Below the pieces are notes generated by a model. The model was not told where the DNA came from. It searched no databases and saw only the letters and a list, made by a program, of their open reading frames with translations. Below are positions 51,936 through 64,000 of a DNA stretch of 64,000 bases, piece by piece (position 1 is the stretch's first letter; each line of letters opens with the position of its first letter). The stretch covers positions 62,001 to 126,000 of the forward strand of contig CDMY01001064.1 of assembly GCA_001179505.1 (NCBI GenBank). Direction: 5' to 3'. Made by a program: the position numbers and the translations under genes. This DNA is from Vitrella brassicaformis CCMP3155. Lineage: Eukaryota; Protista; Chromerida.

Positions 51936-54900
51936 ATGATCTGGCTGCTCGTGGTCCTGATCGCAGGTTTGCAGTGGGGAATTGACAAAGACGCACGAAT
52001 TCTGCATTAATCTGCATAGTCTGTATCGCTCAGGCTGCCCTGCTTTCATGTTCTTCGTCCATGCTCATCACCACGGCAGCCATACGGCGGATCTCAGCGT
52101 CCAACAGCAAGACGACATTCTCATGGAAGAGGTCGACGACGAGCTGGACCAACTCGCGTCGTCTCTTCAGAGAAGGACCGCCCTCGTGACGACGGCCTCG
52201 TCTGAGTCGTCTTCCCGTCCGGCAATGAATCTGCCTGAAGCCGCCGGCATCTTGGAGACGGCTGCATCGCTGCCGAATGAGACGAGGGCAATTATTAAGA
52301 GGATGGTGAAGCTGCAAGAAAATGGAGCTGGATACCGTGAGATTGGGCGCCGTTTGCAGAAGGGCGGGAGGCGGATCATCAGAGAGCTTTCACGGCTGAT
52401 CGAGCGATATCGGACTCATCTTGAGGAGGGTCAAGAGGCGTGTCAATCACGCCTGATCGAGGCTGAGGAGGCAAGCAAAGAGGCGAGGCAGCAGCTGGCA
52501 CGAAGCACTGCAGCGGTCACAGAGGTGGGACGGGGAGAGAGCGCTCACCTGTGTCGCATGGCATGTTTCGTTGCAGGTGAGCGCGGCGGCGTATGCGGAT
52601 TGCTCCGCCGTTCGAGGCCAAACCATTAAGACGGAAGACATGCTCACAAAACACGAAGAGCAGTGCAAGGCTTCAATAACATCGCTCAGAGACCGCCTGG
52701 CTGACCTAAAGCATGACGTCGGAGTCAGAAAAAATGTCAGCCAAAGTCATACATAGACAAAAAGGATCATTCATCCGTCTGTCTGTATGCCTGTCCAGAT
52801 CATGACGGACACCAAGTGCTTGGATGTTCTGGGCCGGGATGCCATTCAACTGCTCGATCAGCTGGCCGAGTCTCAACAGAAGGCCTCAGATGACAGCCCT
52901 GAAATGAATGCCACGTCGTCTTCATCACACGCCCTTCCCTTGCTTGAGTGTCACCTGATGATGCTGCGAATGCATCAGGGAAGAATTTTATCGGCGGAGA
53001 GAAGTCAAGGTCATTCGTCGTTTGCTGTCTTCCGGCAATTGGCGTTGCAGCTTCGAACAGAGGAAGCGCGGAAATCCCTGACAAGGTAGGGAGGAGGATA
53101 TCGCTCCCACGCGCCTTGCTGATTTTTGTGGTTCTTTCTGATGTGTGCAGAGCGATTGCTCATGTAATGCCTCCCTCATCCACTCGCCCCTCCATCTCAC
53201 TTGCCACATCACAGCCAGTTGTCTGTGCAGAGCTTAGCACGCTCGACAGGCCAGCCATGTGCGACCTGCTGGGGCAGATGACGGCAGACGTCATGACGGC
53301 ACTGCAAGAGGGGCGCGATCAGATGGACGAACAGGAAGACGGATGCATCGCCGCTGAGAGGTAAGAGAAAAGTGAAACACATGTGAATGGACGGCAGGGT
53401 CTCTCTTTCTGTGCACTATCAGGTCTTATACGGACGAGCTGGCCACCCTTGAGGACACATTTGGCCGGTGCGAGGTTGAGAAGGCACAGTCAATGGATGC
53501 CCTCAAGCAGGCAGAGAAGGAGGAGAGCATCAAACAACATCTGCATCTGGAAGCAGACAAGGTCCCCAAGAGACAGAGCTCAGAACACAAAGAAGTCGGT
53601 GGGTGGGTGCGTGTTGGTGCCGCAGGCTTTTCAGCGAGTCCGCGACGAGTGTGCAGCGGGGGAGACCTCTTCCCGCAAGTTTCTCGAAGCGGTTAGAACT
53701 GTGCGGTTGGAGGTCGCCACCATCTACAAACGACCTGCCCCCAGTGTGAGGTGCAAACATAACGTGCAGCCTGCTTCCCTTGTCATCTCCTTGTGTGTAG
53801 GATTGTGAGCTGGCCGATTGGCACAGCGAAGGGGCCTGCAGCAAAACCTGTGGAGGAGGAAAGATGACCAGGACACGTACGGTAAGGAATACAAAATGCC
53901 TTCTCGACTGAGATTTCGCCTTGCGCCCTCAGGTCATTGCTCCGCCTGGGAATGGCGGTGCGGGATGCGGACCACTCACAAAGACCGCCAAGTGCAACAC
54001 GGATCCTTGCCCGATCGACTGTGTACTCGGCAACTTCTCCGACTGGTAGTGCACCAACCTGGAGTGCCCAATGCCCATCCTCGCGTCTGTGTGTCTCTTT
54101 CAGGACGGACTGCTCAGCAACATGTGGGGGCGGCCTCATGTCTCGTCAGCGTGAGGTCATACGCGAGGCGCGGCACAATGGCAGCCCATGCGTCGGCACC
54201 GAGGAGACCAGACAATGCAACGTACTGATGCGAAATCAGAGACAGAGACATACATTCACTCGCGTTCGTTGCACGCGTCGTAGGTGGATCCTTGCGGGAG
54301 CTGTGATGTGGGCGAGTGGCACGAGTGGACTCCCTGCGACAGGGCGTGTGGGGGAGGCTTCCGGTATAGCAGACGCGTCGTGGCCCCCACAGGGACATTC
54401 ACAGGTGAGAGCAAGGCGGAGCATGAATTCATCGAGACTCTCGGTCGATCATCTGCCTATGTCTTCAGCTGACGACTGCAAAGCTGAAGAGACCGTCAAG
54501 CGACAAGATTGCAGTATCGATGTCTGCCCCACCAACTTCACCTGCACAGGCAGACTGGACCTCGTGTTTGCTGTCGACTCATCGGGGTCGGTTGGAGAAG
54601 CGATGTTTGAGAGCGAGGTGAAGCCACTGCTGCGCGCAATGGTGTCCCTTCTCGACATCAGCTGGCGGTCTGTCAGGGTAAAGGACATAGCCAACATCAT
54701 CCCTCACCTGTCATTGCAATGATGCAGCTGTCCGTTTGCGCATTTAGGTGGGTTTTGTCGACTACGCCACTTCAGTCAAGACGAGACGGCTGACCGGGTC
54801 TCGCAGAAGCATCATACAGGGAATCGAGAAGCTGCCATTCCTGTCGGGAGGCACGCGGACCGATGTGGCCCTCAGCGCTGCACTCAGGCTGATCGATCGA

Positions 54901-55337
54901 GTAAGAGACACACGACACAACAGACACAAGACCTTCTGAACAACGCCCCTCCTTCCTTCTGTGTGCAGTGGGGTCGCGATTGGGATGACGTAATGACCAC
55001 CGTGGTGATTGTGACGAATGGCAAGCCTTTCTTTCCTTTTCTTGTGGAGAACCAGCGGCTCAGACTGGAGGAGAGGGGCGTGCGGGTTATGATGCTGCGA
55101 GTGGGGCGGGTGATGGACCAGACGCAACAGCAGCTGTACGTCTCGCAACCATTGCAGCACAACTTTAACAACAAGCTCTCCTATGGGGAGATGAGAGAGG
55201 GATACAAAGAGGTAAGGGGACAAGGAAAGGCCCCATGATGCAGGCACTCCGATGTCTGTCTCATGCAGCCGGTGACATATTTCTGCCCGCGTCTCAAGAG
55301 CCAACATATCGACCAGCTGGCCACCACACCGAGCTGA
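51936..55337 (+). CDS. Secreted protein: signal peptide, long helical/coiled-coil region, three TSP1 repeats, C-terminal vWA domain
   Basis: MIWLLVVLIAGCPAFMFFVHA. TSP1 repeats W..GACSKTCGGG..RTR, CSATCGGG..RQR, WHEWTPCDRACGGG. vWA LDLVFAVDSSGSVG, SGGTRTDVAL, VVIVTNGKP. Stop TGA at 55335-55337. Confidence 0.8.
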
Positions 55338-55480
55338 CAGCAGCCATTTATGTACGTGTACCATGGATGATCGCAGTCGCAAGTATACGTGTGTCTGTGA
55401 GCAGACGCAAAAACCCATACATGATGTTCTTACTTTAAGAACATCCTCGACGAACCCATCTACCCACGTGACCGCCCCAT

Positions 55481-57191
55481 TCACTCGACAAACTCTTCTT
55501 CTATCACGGGCCCCGCCGTCGCATTCGTCCCATTGCCGGGCCACTCTGGTGGAAGTGGAAACGGCGGGGCCGCCGGCGTACTTTGGCTTGGGGATGGGGG
55601 TGAGTTTGTCGAGGGGGCGGCGGTCGGAGGTTTTGCGGGAGGGCTTGTGGTGGGCGCAACAACCCATGGGCCGATGGGCTGGGACCACTGAGGAATCAGC
55701 TCAGGCTTTGAGCTCGACACGTCCGCACTCGTCAGGCCCTTCCAGGAGCTCTGATGACAAATACGACAACCATGGACCAAATTGTCCTGGGGTCTTCTCA
55801 CCATAAGATGCGGCGCTTCATTGTCACTGACTACTGGATGATGCCTGCCGTGTGCACAACCACGGGAGACACGAAACGATCAAGAAATCGTCTGATTGAA
55901 TATGTGACCTTGGGCCGCAGAATGTCGAGTGGATGCGGCAGACTTCACTCGAGCGGTCCTGCGCCTCAGGGGGCGGAAGCGCAGCTGAGAAGAAAGGAAT
56001 AAAGGAGCGTATATTTGCATTCTGACCGTGCGACTGTTCTTGCCTTACTATGAGCTTCCAGCCAGTCTGGGTGACACCCCACTGTGCGAATAATCACGGT
56101 CGACGCAACCAACCTACACACCCACAAGCATACCTGCATCTCTCCCCCCACGTGTTGAGCTGCCTCTCCACCCATCCAGCATCGTACCTCTGTGACACCT
56201 GCCTGCACGCGCCGCCCACCAGCGTCCGCACATAGCCCGTCGGCTCGATCAACCTGATCTTATCGTGGTTGTCGAGCACGAAAAGCCGCACCTCTCCCAA
56301 GGCCGTGATCTCAACCCCCAAGCTCCGTGGCAGTCGGAGGGAGGCCAAGTGACCAGGGCCATCGACCAGGCCGGGCCTCTCGGGTGAGCCCGCGAATGTG
56401 GTCACTCGGGACAAACGGACACCTGCACGCAGACAGAATGGCAAGGAGGAAGATGCACACACAAGCACTGGCAGGTAGAGAAACCTTGTACTTTTGTCGT
56501 GAATGCGTATTCTCCGGACGCAGTGGTTGTTGGTGTCGGCGACGAAGATGTCAGTGTTGGGGATGAGAGGCGTCCTCGGCAGTGAGGGGGACGGCGTGGC
56601 CTCGCTGACGCCAATGCCCTCTGGCAGATTGAAGAGCGCCGTCCGCACACTGCCCCACTCCCACCCACGAAGTGCAAATAGATAGAATAGAAGGCCTTCT
56701 CCGCAGCTGTTGCGCTTACGTGCCATCTTGGTGCCCCGCCTGTCCGCACAGCCCAGCAAACACCGATGAAGACCCTGAACCGACGACAACAGACATTCAC
56801 GCTTTGTAAATCCATCCATCTGTCCATCTCTATCCATCCATTTCTTCCTACTGGGCTTGTCCACTGCGTCGATGTAGATAACGCAGCTTCGCGCCTTGTC
56901 CACCAGCCACAGCACGCCCGACGGTGTCTGGGTGACGGCATTCGTCCACGGCATCTCCACATACTCGTCGTAGTGGCCACTCACGTTGTATTCTGACCCA
57001 TCCAGGACACACACAACCGTCAGCAAACGCCACTCGTTTGGGAGATCTATGGATCTAGGCGACGGACCGTTCACTCTTGACCCGACGTATGCATGGATGG
57101 GATAGAAGGGGTTCGTGTAGCCCGGCTCGTGGAGGCGGCACACGCAGCCACGAAGGAAGAACGCAGCCGCGAGGAGGAGCGCCGTTCGCAT
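55481..57191 (-). CDS. Secreted NHL-repeat (beta-propeller) protein with Pro/Ser/Thr-rich tail
   Basis: Signal MRTALLLAAAFFLRGCVC; AGLCGQAGHQDG, ALFNLPEGIGV, IFVADTNNHCVRRI, VTTFAGSPERPGLVDG. Spliced in frame into the 55481-55804 ORF. Confidence 0.82.
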
Positions 57192-57535
57192 TCAGACGTC
57201 GTGAGATGTTTTTTGTGTTTACAAACTTTCAAGCTGGCCGCCCGCCGTCAAGCCGGAGAAGAAAAGAAAGGAGGGCCCTCTCTATGGAGCCTTCCCAGCT
57301 TCTCACTCCCGACGTGACGGCAGACGGGCAGCGAAGACAAAAGGGGAGCGAATTGTCACCATCGTCTATCATTGCAGAGTTAGCTTCTCCTGACTAGTTC
57401 CTGGCTTTCCTTTTCTGCACAAGCTCTCAGCCCGATATGCCACACAGACCAACGATGGATGCCACATAACGCACCACATAACGCATCAATGGCATACATC
57501 ACATCAATACACACACACAACCAACACCAGCGTCT

Positions 57536-58352
57536 TCAGTAGAAGATGCCCTTGCCTCCCAATATCACGAGAGCCGCAATGATCACAAAGATGATCTGTG
57601 CACACACACCAAACGCCCACACCAACACCAACACCACACAGACAGACAGACAGACAGACAGACAGAGAGTGATGCATGAGCACACTTGCACCCTCCCCCC
57701 AACGAGCGAGGCAAGCCAATTCATGATCCATCCACATCCATCCACCCGCTGACCAGGTAGGGGTTGCCTCTTGACTTGTTGGGATTCGCACCCTGACCCT
57801 CCAGCTCTCTCAACAGCCTGCGCATACACAACAGAGAGAGAGAGAGGAATGGGCAGACAGACAGACAGACAGGCAGGCGGGCCCGTGAAGGACGGTCTTT
57901 CCTCTCCCTCTTGCCCTCACCTTTTCTTCATATCTGGGCTGATCTCAGGCTTCCTTGGAGGGGGACGGGAGGGAGGGGGAGGCGCAGCATCCACCTTCTT
58001 CTCACCACCACCACCACCTGCACAACACACCTCGCGCCCACACGCCATGCACCAGAATGGAAATGTATGAGTGCTCACAATCTTCTTGCCCTGCAGTCCT
58101 TCTAGGGCACTGACCTTCCTTCGCCTGTTCAGCCATCAGCGTCGTCTCATGCGTCGTCTTCCAAAGATGAACTGCGGCTGATGGGCGCGGTGGCGAGAGC
58201 ACGGCAGATCTTCGTTGGATTGAGTGTGCAGCGGGTGATGACAGCACTGTCGGCCGCATGAATGCTGAGCGGCCTTCCACAGCCGCAGGGGCGAAGCAAA
58301 AGGCGTGGACCGCCAAGAGGCCGACGAAGGCCTTGCGGTGAAGAAAGACCAT
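57536..58352 (-). CDS. Small, probably plastid-targeted protein with a single C-terminal TM helix (unknown function)
   Basis: Signal-like MVFLHRKAFVGLLAVHAFCFAPAAVEG, then RSAF and an S/R/P transit-like stretch. Mature part ISPDMKKRLLRELEGQGANPNKSRGNPYL-IIFVIIAALVILGGKGIFY, from 4 exons. Confidence 0.7.
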
Positions 58353-58512
58353 TGAACCTTGAGAACGGCTGAGGCGCCCGCCACACAACAGCCGAATCGT
58401 GTGTTTCGCCAGAAAGGGAGTTTGAGCTTGCCATGCCAGCTCGCACGAGAAGGTAGGCAATGGAGCCAGGAGTGCCTTCCTGATCCCAAGATCTCGCTTC
58501 TCTGTCGACCTG

Positions 58513-60282
58513 ATGAAGGCGTCACAGCAGGACGCACCTCAGGGGAGGCACGGCGGCAAATGGTAAGCACCAGGTTGCAATGCAAAGCGACTGCCTGCGC
58601 TGCTTGCCTCTTCAGGCTGAAGCGGGTGGTGACAGCCATTGTGGCCATTCCCGTGATCATCGGCCTCCTCACGTTCGTGTGGCTTACCAAGGTGCTTGCG
58701 GTTGTGGCCCTGCTGTTTGGGGCCTACGAGCACGCCCTGCTGCGGTCCACTGCCCTCAACCGCCTGTTTGCGTCCAAGAGCAAGAGCGACGAGCTGGACC
58801 GGTCGACGATATCGCTGCTGACCAACAGCCAGCTGCCCCTACTGGCCTCGTGCATCGTGGTGGCCATCCCGCTGCTGACACACCTGCCCTACCCCACCAT
58901 CTCATTCAGTGTCGCCACACAGGCAAGGAGACCACAGACAGACAGACAGACAGACAGGCATCATGCATGTGTGGAGTGGATGAGTGGTGCGGCTGTGGCT
59001 GTGCCTGTTGCTGTGTATGCAGGTGGCCTTTCTGTGTTTGCCTTTTGCTTACATCATCAAGTATGCCCTCTTCCACGAACTCGCCTTACGAGGGGGCAAG
59101 AGAGATGAGCACCAACAGCAGCAGCAGCAGCAGCAGCAGAATGGAGGCACCAGCAACGGCGGCAGGGGGCTCCCGCCCTATAGTCTCGACTTGCCGTATG
59201 TGTTGAGCCAGAGTGGTCTTGACCTTTTGTTCCTCGCCCAGTATGCCCTGCCCATGGCGTTTGCCATCATGATGCGCCATTTAAGGTAGGTCAGGAGGCT
59301 GGCCCGGCCCAACAGGCATCAGATGACGCCTGCCTAGTGTTGTGTGATTCATTGGCTTGGTGGGGTTGGTGCACTGCAGGGAGGGGATGGGATTTGTGAT
59401 GGTGTGGATTTTGTGCACCTTCCAGTCGGATAACGGTAAGTAAGTACGACTGACATAACCAGCCGCATCCATCCAGGCGTCACGGGACGTGACAGAGGCA
59501 GACAGGCAGTGCAGTGTGTTCCAGCCCAGCTCCGCGTTGATGTGTGTGTGTGGTGTCAGTTGTGGTGCAGGCGGCTTGTTGCTCGGTATCACCATGGGAC
59601 GCACACGCGTACTACCCACTCTATCACCCAACAAATCTGTCGAAGGTCCGTCGGCAGGCAAACACGCATAGCATAAACAAACATCGTCAGTCAGGTGTAT
59701 GTATCCTCCCTCCTCTATGTCTGTGTGCTGTGCGCTCGCCTCCCTCCCTCCCTCCCTCCCTCCCTCTGTCGTTGTCTGTCGTCAGGCATCCTTGGGTCGA
59801 TAGGCATGAGTGTGTTGAGTGGTTGGCTGCTGCACGTGATGGCCCAGCAGTGGTGGACGTTCAGCTGCCTCCCCTCGTGTGCACTGCGCGACTATCTCGC
59901 CATCGCTGCACTGGTTGGCTGAACTCACAACAACAACACCCGTGGAGCGACCCACATTTGCTGCGGGCCCTTTGTGTGTGTTGTGCACTGCAGGTGTCTG
60001 TGGTCGGCATAGTGGGTGACCTGCTGGAGTCGGCGATGAAGCGTGCGGCTGCCGTCAAGGACTCCAGCAACCTGCTGCCGGGACACGGCGGATTCCTCGA
60101 CAGGGTGGGTGACGAAAGACAGACAGACAAGAGAGGACGAGAGGGCAAGATAGATCATAGGATCGCTGTCTATGTGCACGGCGTGTGTGTTGTGATGTGT
60201 TTTGTGGCAGATGGACAGTTTGCTGGTGGGTGCCCCGGCTGCCTACTTCTACATCATCACCTTTGTGGAGCCGCCCACGTGA
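58513..60282 (+). CDS. CDS: Phosphatidate cytidylyltransferase (CDP-diacylglycerol synthase), short bacterial CdsA-like type
   Basis: [57 protein letters not shown] signature; multiple TM helices. Confidence 0.93.
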
Positions 60283-60881
60283 AGCAACGGAGGGAGGGAC
60301 GTCACACAGACGGATGGTGCCTAGACGTGCCTGCCTGCCTGCCTGCCTTGATGCACGAATGTGTATGCGTGTGGGTGTGTGACTGTACAATAAATACGTA
60401 CATCAATATCTCACTGGGGCGTGGCGTCCGTCAGTCAACAAGTCAATGAATGCATTCATTGACAGCATATATGTGCCCTGGTGACGTCAGCTGTCAGAGC
60501 GGCCCCGGCGGGATGAGGACAGCGCAAAAGAGCACGCTGCCCCCACACCGACAGTACCAGCATCGCAGCTGACAACCACCAGGGCAACAATCCTCGCTGA
60601 TAACTTTAGTGACACCCAGAAGCGCCATACACACGCACCCTGTCCCTCGCGATGCACCGCTCCCGTTCTGACCATGTCACGACCATGCGCGACGTCAGCT
60701 TGTCCCGATGAATGTTGGGACCCGCTACATCACGCAGCGCCACCACATGCACAGCACAAGAGCGACGAGTACGGACGATAAAGCTCTCAAAGCACCCTCA
60801 CACGGTCAGGGTAGGTCGACAAATATTTAAGGGTCCCTCTCCTCTATCAGTCAGTGAGTCAGTCATTGAGCGGCAGGGCAG

Positions 60882-61660
60882 CTATCTCTTCTTGAATCCG
60901 TATTTCTTCCTCTCGTAGAAGAGGTCTGTCCTCGCAGAACCCAAATTGACTATCTTGGGACACCCGTCACGCTGACATCACAGAGACCAGCCAGGGACGA
61001 GAGGGTGGCCTTGCCTGTGTGTGGTCCTGTGTGTGTGTGTGTGTGTGTCGTGTGGCTTCCGTACGTCTTTTTCGCACTGTGTGCATTCCTTGCAGTAGTA
61101 TGCGTCAGAGATGCCCGGCCCGCCACAGATTACGCAACGACCCTGATTGAGTCGACACAGCAAACACCCACACACATGACATGTGCTCCCCTCTGTCTGT
61201 GTGGCTGTGGGTATCCCTCTTTATTGTGTGTATCCCTGTGTCCCTGTATACCTGGTATGATCCGTAGTTGCATTCGTCGCAGATGCGCACGATGGTGTGC
61301 GGCCTGACGTACGAGTCGCATATCACACACTTGCCGTCGCACTTCTCGCACAGCCGACCGATGGCTGACAGACAGACATCACACAGACAGACAGTCACGT
61401 CACACACAGAGAGGCGGCGACAGAGACAGAACACACGACGATATATGGCGATGTCCCTCCTCCCTGTGAGCGCTCCGCTCCCCCAGTCAGTGTGATGCAG
61501 GCGGCCTTACCAATGCCTGGTTGCTTGCGGCACATGATCAGGTCGGGATCTGACACACGCAGCCAGCATGACGCACAGCAACAGATAGATGGATGTGGTG
61601 AGAGGGTGAGCACTGCTGGCGGCAGTGAGGGAAGACATCCGGCTTACGATGCTTCGCCAT
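60882..61660 (-). CDS. PHF5A: PHD finger-like domain protein 5A (SF3b subunit, Rds3)
   Basis: Spliced: [110 protein letters not shown]. Confidence 0.97.
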
Positions 61661-61969
61661 GATGCGAGATCCTTCAGCTCGAGCAAAAGGAACGAGGTGC
61701 CACAGAGATAGAGCACAGAGAGCCTGTCAGAATGCGCTTGACGCCGCTTTTTCCCCTTCGAGTACGAAGCTCGAGAAGTGCCAAGCTCGCAGATAGATCT
61801 GCATCGAAGCAACGAACCGAACGAAGCCTTTATCCTTCTTGGCTGACACCTAAGACAGTTGCTGAGATGGAGAAAGCCTCCCACTCAATGACATAGACCC
61901 GAATTTTCTTTCATGTGTGTGTGTTGCATGTGTTCATGCAGACGTCGCACGTCGCCCAGTCAAACAACA

Positions 61970-63324
61970 ATGGTGAAAGTCCTCGTGCCCATCGTGAGCG
62001 ACACACACACCGTCTATCCACCTGCGGCCATTCATTATGTGCGCATGCGGTGGTGTGTCGCTTCCTGTCCTGCAGGCGAACAGTTCGGAGGAGATTGAGA
62101 CCGTCTGCATCGTCGACACACTCAGACGAGCTGGTGCGACGCATAGAAAGAGAAAAATCCCCAGTGGGCGGGCGGGATCTGGTTTGTGTGTTCATGTGTG
62201 GTGCGTCCTATATGTGTGTGTGGTGTGCAGGTGCTGATGTGACGGTTGCCTCTGTGGAGGACTCGAAGCTGTGCGTCATGTCACGGAAAGTCAAAATGGT
62301 CAGCCAGCTGCCACAGGCTCGCGCACACACATGGATGGAGACCATGTGTGCTCTTTCTGTGTGTGTGTGCAGGAGGCTGACGTGCTGATTGGGGAGTGCC
62401 AGGGCCAAGACTGGGACTGCCTCGTGGTAGGTCCATACACACACTGCGCACACACGAGATGAGCCTCATGCCATCATGAGTGACATGCTCCCTCCCTCCC
62501 TCCCCTCCCCGTGTTGCGCTGCAGCTCCCTGGCGGCATGCCCGGCGCCGTAATGACTATCAATGAACGAACCAACACACAGACGGATCGTTACCAAAGCA
62601 ACGGGCTGTGTGTGTTCCTCCCTCCCTCCCCAGGAGAGCCTCTCCAAGTGTGCCGCGCTGACGGAGCTGCTCAAGACACAGAAACAAAAGGACAAACACT
62701 ACGCCGGTAGGTACCTCGAGCAATCCATGTGTCCACATACAGCTAGCTCCCTTCACCGCCCATATTTATGCGATGGATGGATGGATGCAGCCATCTGCGC
62801 CGCGCCCGCGGTGGTCTTGGCCGAGCATGGGCTGCTGGAGGGACACAAGGCAGTCTGGTGGGTGCGACAGACACACACAGAGAAGACGGCCACATCGCCA
62901 GTATGCATATGTGTGTGTGTGTGTGTGTGTCTGTGGGTGTGGGTGTGTGCCATCAGCTATCCTAACCCTAAGTTCCAGGCGAAGCTGGGCAGCCCCGAAA
63001 AAGACCGAGTCTGCGTGTCGGGCAAATGTGGTGGGTGTTGATTGAACACGTGCTGATCTCTATTTGTCCTGTCTGCCTGCATTGCACTCTGTGTGTGTCG
63101 TGTGCGTCGATCTCTCAGTGACGTCGATCGGGCCCGGCTCGTCGCTGGAGTTTGCGTGCAAGCTGGTGGAGGTTAGTGAGCAAAGGGGACAGACAGACAG
63201 ATGGACGGAGAGAAGGGGGTGGGCCGAATGTGCTGCGTGTGCAACCCTCCTTCAGTTGCTGTTTGACAAGGAGGCGGCGGACAAGCAGCGTGACGCACTG
63301 CAGATGCCTGCTGCGGCCCGTTAG
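61970..63324 (+). CDS. DJ-1: DJ-1/ThiJ/YajL family protein (glyoxalase/deglycase-like)
   Basis: Spliced from about 10 short exons: [44 protein letters not shown], nucleophile elbow AICAAPAVVL, VTSIGPGSSLEFA. Confidence 0.93.
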
Positions 63325-64000
63325 CTGCCCGTAGCGACAAACCACTATCGCTTTCTCGTCAATTGCCAATTGAGTGGCCGGGCGGACTGGAGGTGTGGCA
63401 TAGAGTCGTTTTTCCCTGGCGTGAGTGGTGTGAGTGTCTCCCTCCCTCCCTCCCTCTGCCGGTTTTTGTGTCCATGTCTTGCCACAAGCTCGTGTAGTAG
63501 AAGAGGGAGGCTACGTGTGTGTGTGTGACCGGCGCAACTCATGACGACGCGGCGCATTCATGTGTGGTGTTCTCTCGATCCATGCGTTGCATTTGGTGGG
63601 GTCGGTGTGGTGTGGTGTGAGTGATGCGAGACCTTCCAAGTTCGATCCTCGATGGAATGAATCAATCATCCGGTTCCTGGTGGACATGTAGCCACACGGA
63701 GAGCCGCCCTCCATCCTCCCTCCACCCAGCTAGCACTGATGGCTGTCTGCTGGTCCATACGCCTGCCTACATTAACAAACCCACCTTGAACACGGAGAAA
63801 CACACCGCAACACAACCCGCCTGCCTCTGTACACATCCATCCATCCATCCAGCCATCGGTGTACAAGACAGCCAGCCACCAATTGCATTGCACTCCCTCC
63901 CAAACCAACAGCCATCTCGGCTTCAACTCAACCGTCACTGGCGGCCCCCGCCACTGACGAGTCCGCCAGTGAGTTCGACGAGTTGTCTTTCCTCTGGCGT

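Noticed and set aside
63935-63972. 10-bp stem (tcactggcgg/ccgccagtga) containing CTGACGAG, hammerhead-like
   Set aside because: No GAAA core or compatible stems within the window; it may be a simple hairpin or an element end cut by the window edge.

Overview
Intron-dense, GC-rich eukaryotic nuclear DNA with short GT-AG introns full of (GT)n, (CA)n, (CTGT)n and (GGAT)n microsatellites. Gene content and style (bipartite plastid presequences, SUB1-like subtilisin, TSP1/vWA adhesin, peroxin, a lineage-expanded F-box-like family) point to a chromerid alveolate such as Vitrella brassicaformis; this is inference. By splicing by eye I reconstruct about 20 genes: SEC16, an S8 subtilisin, PEX3, a giant Cys-rich surface protein with a bacterial-type RTX module, TMEM128-like, a plastid-type arginyl-tRNA synthetase, a SUZ-motif low-complexity protein, RCC1, ETFRF1/LYRM5, WSS1, a coiled-coil/TSP1/vWA protein, an NHL-repeat protein, a small plastid membrane protein, CDP-DAG synthase, PHF5A and DJ-1. 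A stretch of decayed gene copies lies at about 42.2-49.7 kb and includes a 300-N gap. Most notable: (1) an RCC1 RanGEF with an RRM-like domain inserted right after the Ran-contacting beta-wedge, also seen in a nearby paralog fragment, plus an FG-rich tail and a C-terminal NLS; (2) an ATGA stop/start overlap linking ETFRF1 to a TPR-methyltransferase, a candidate bicistronic locus; (3) an intron-split RTX/T1SS-type module in a eukaryotic membrane protein; (4) a ~95-bp inverted repeat straddling a bidirectional promoter. Gene boundaries and splice sites are manual and approximate.
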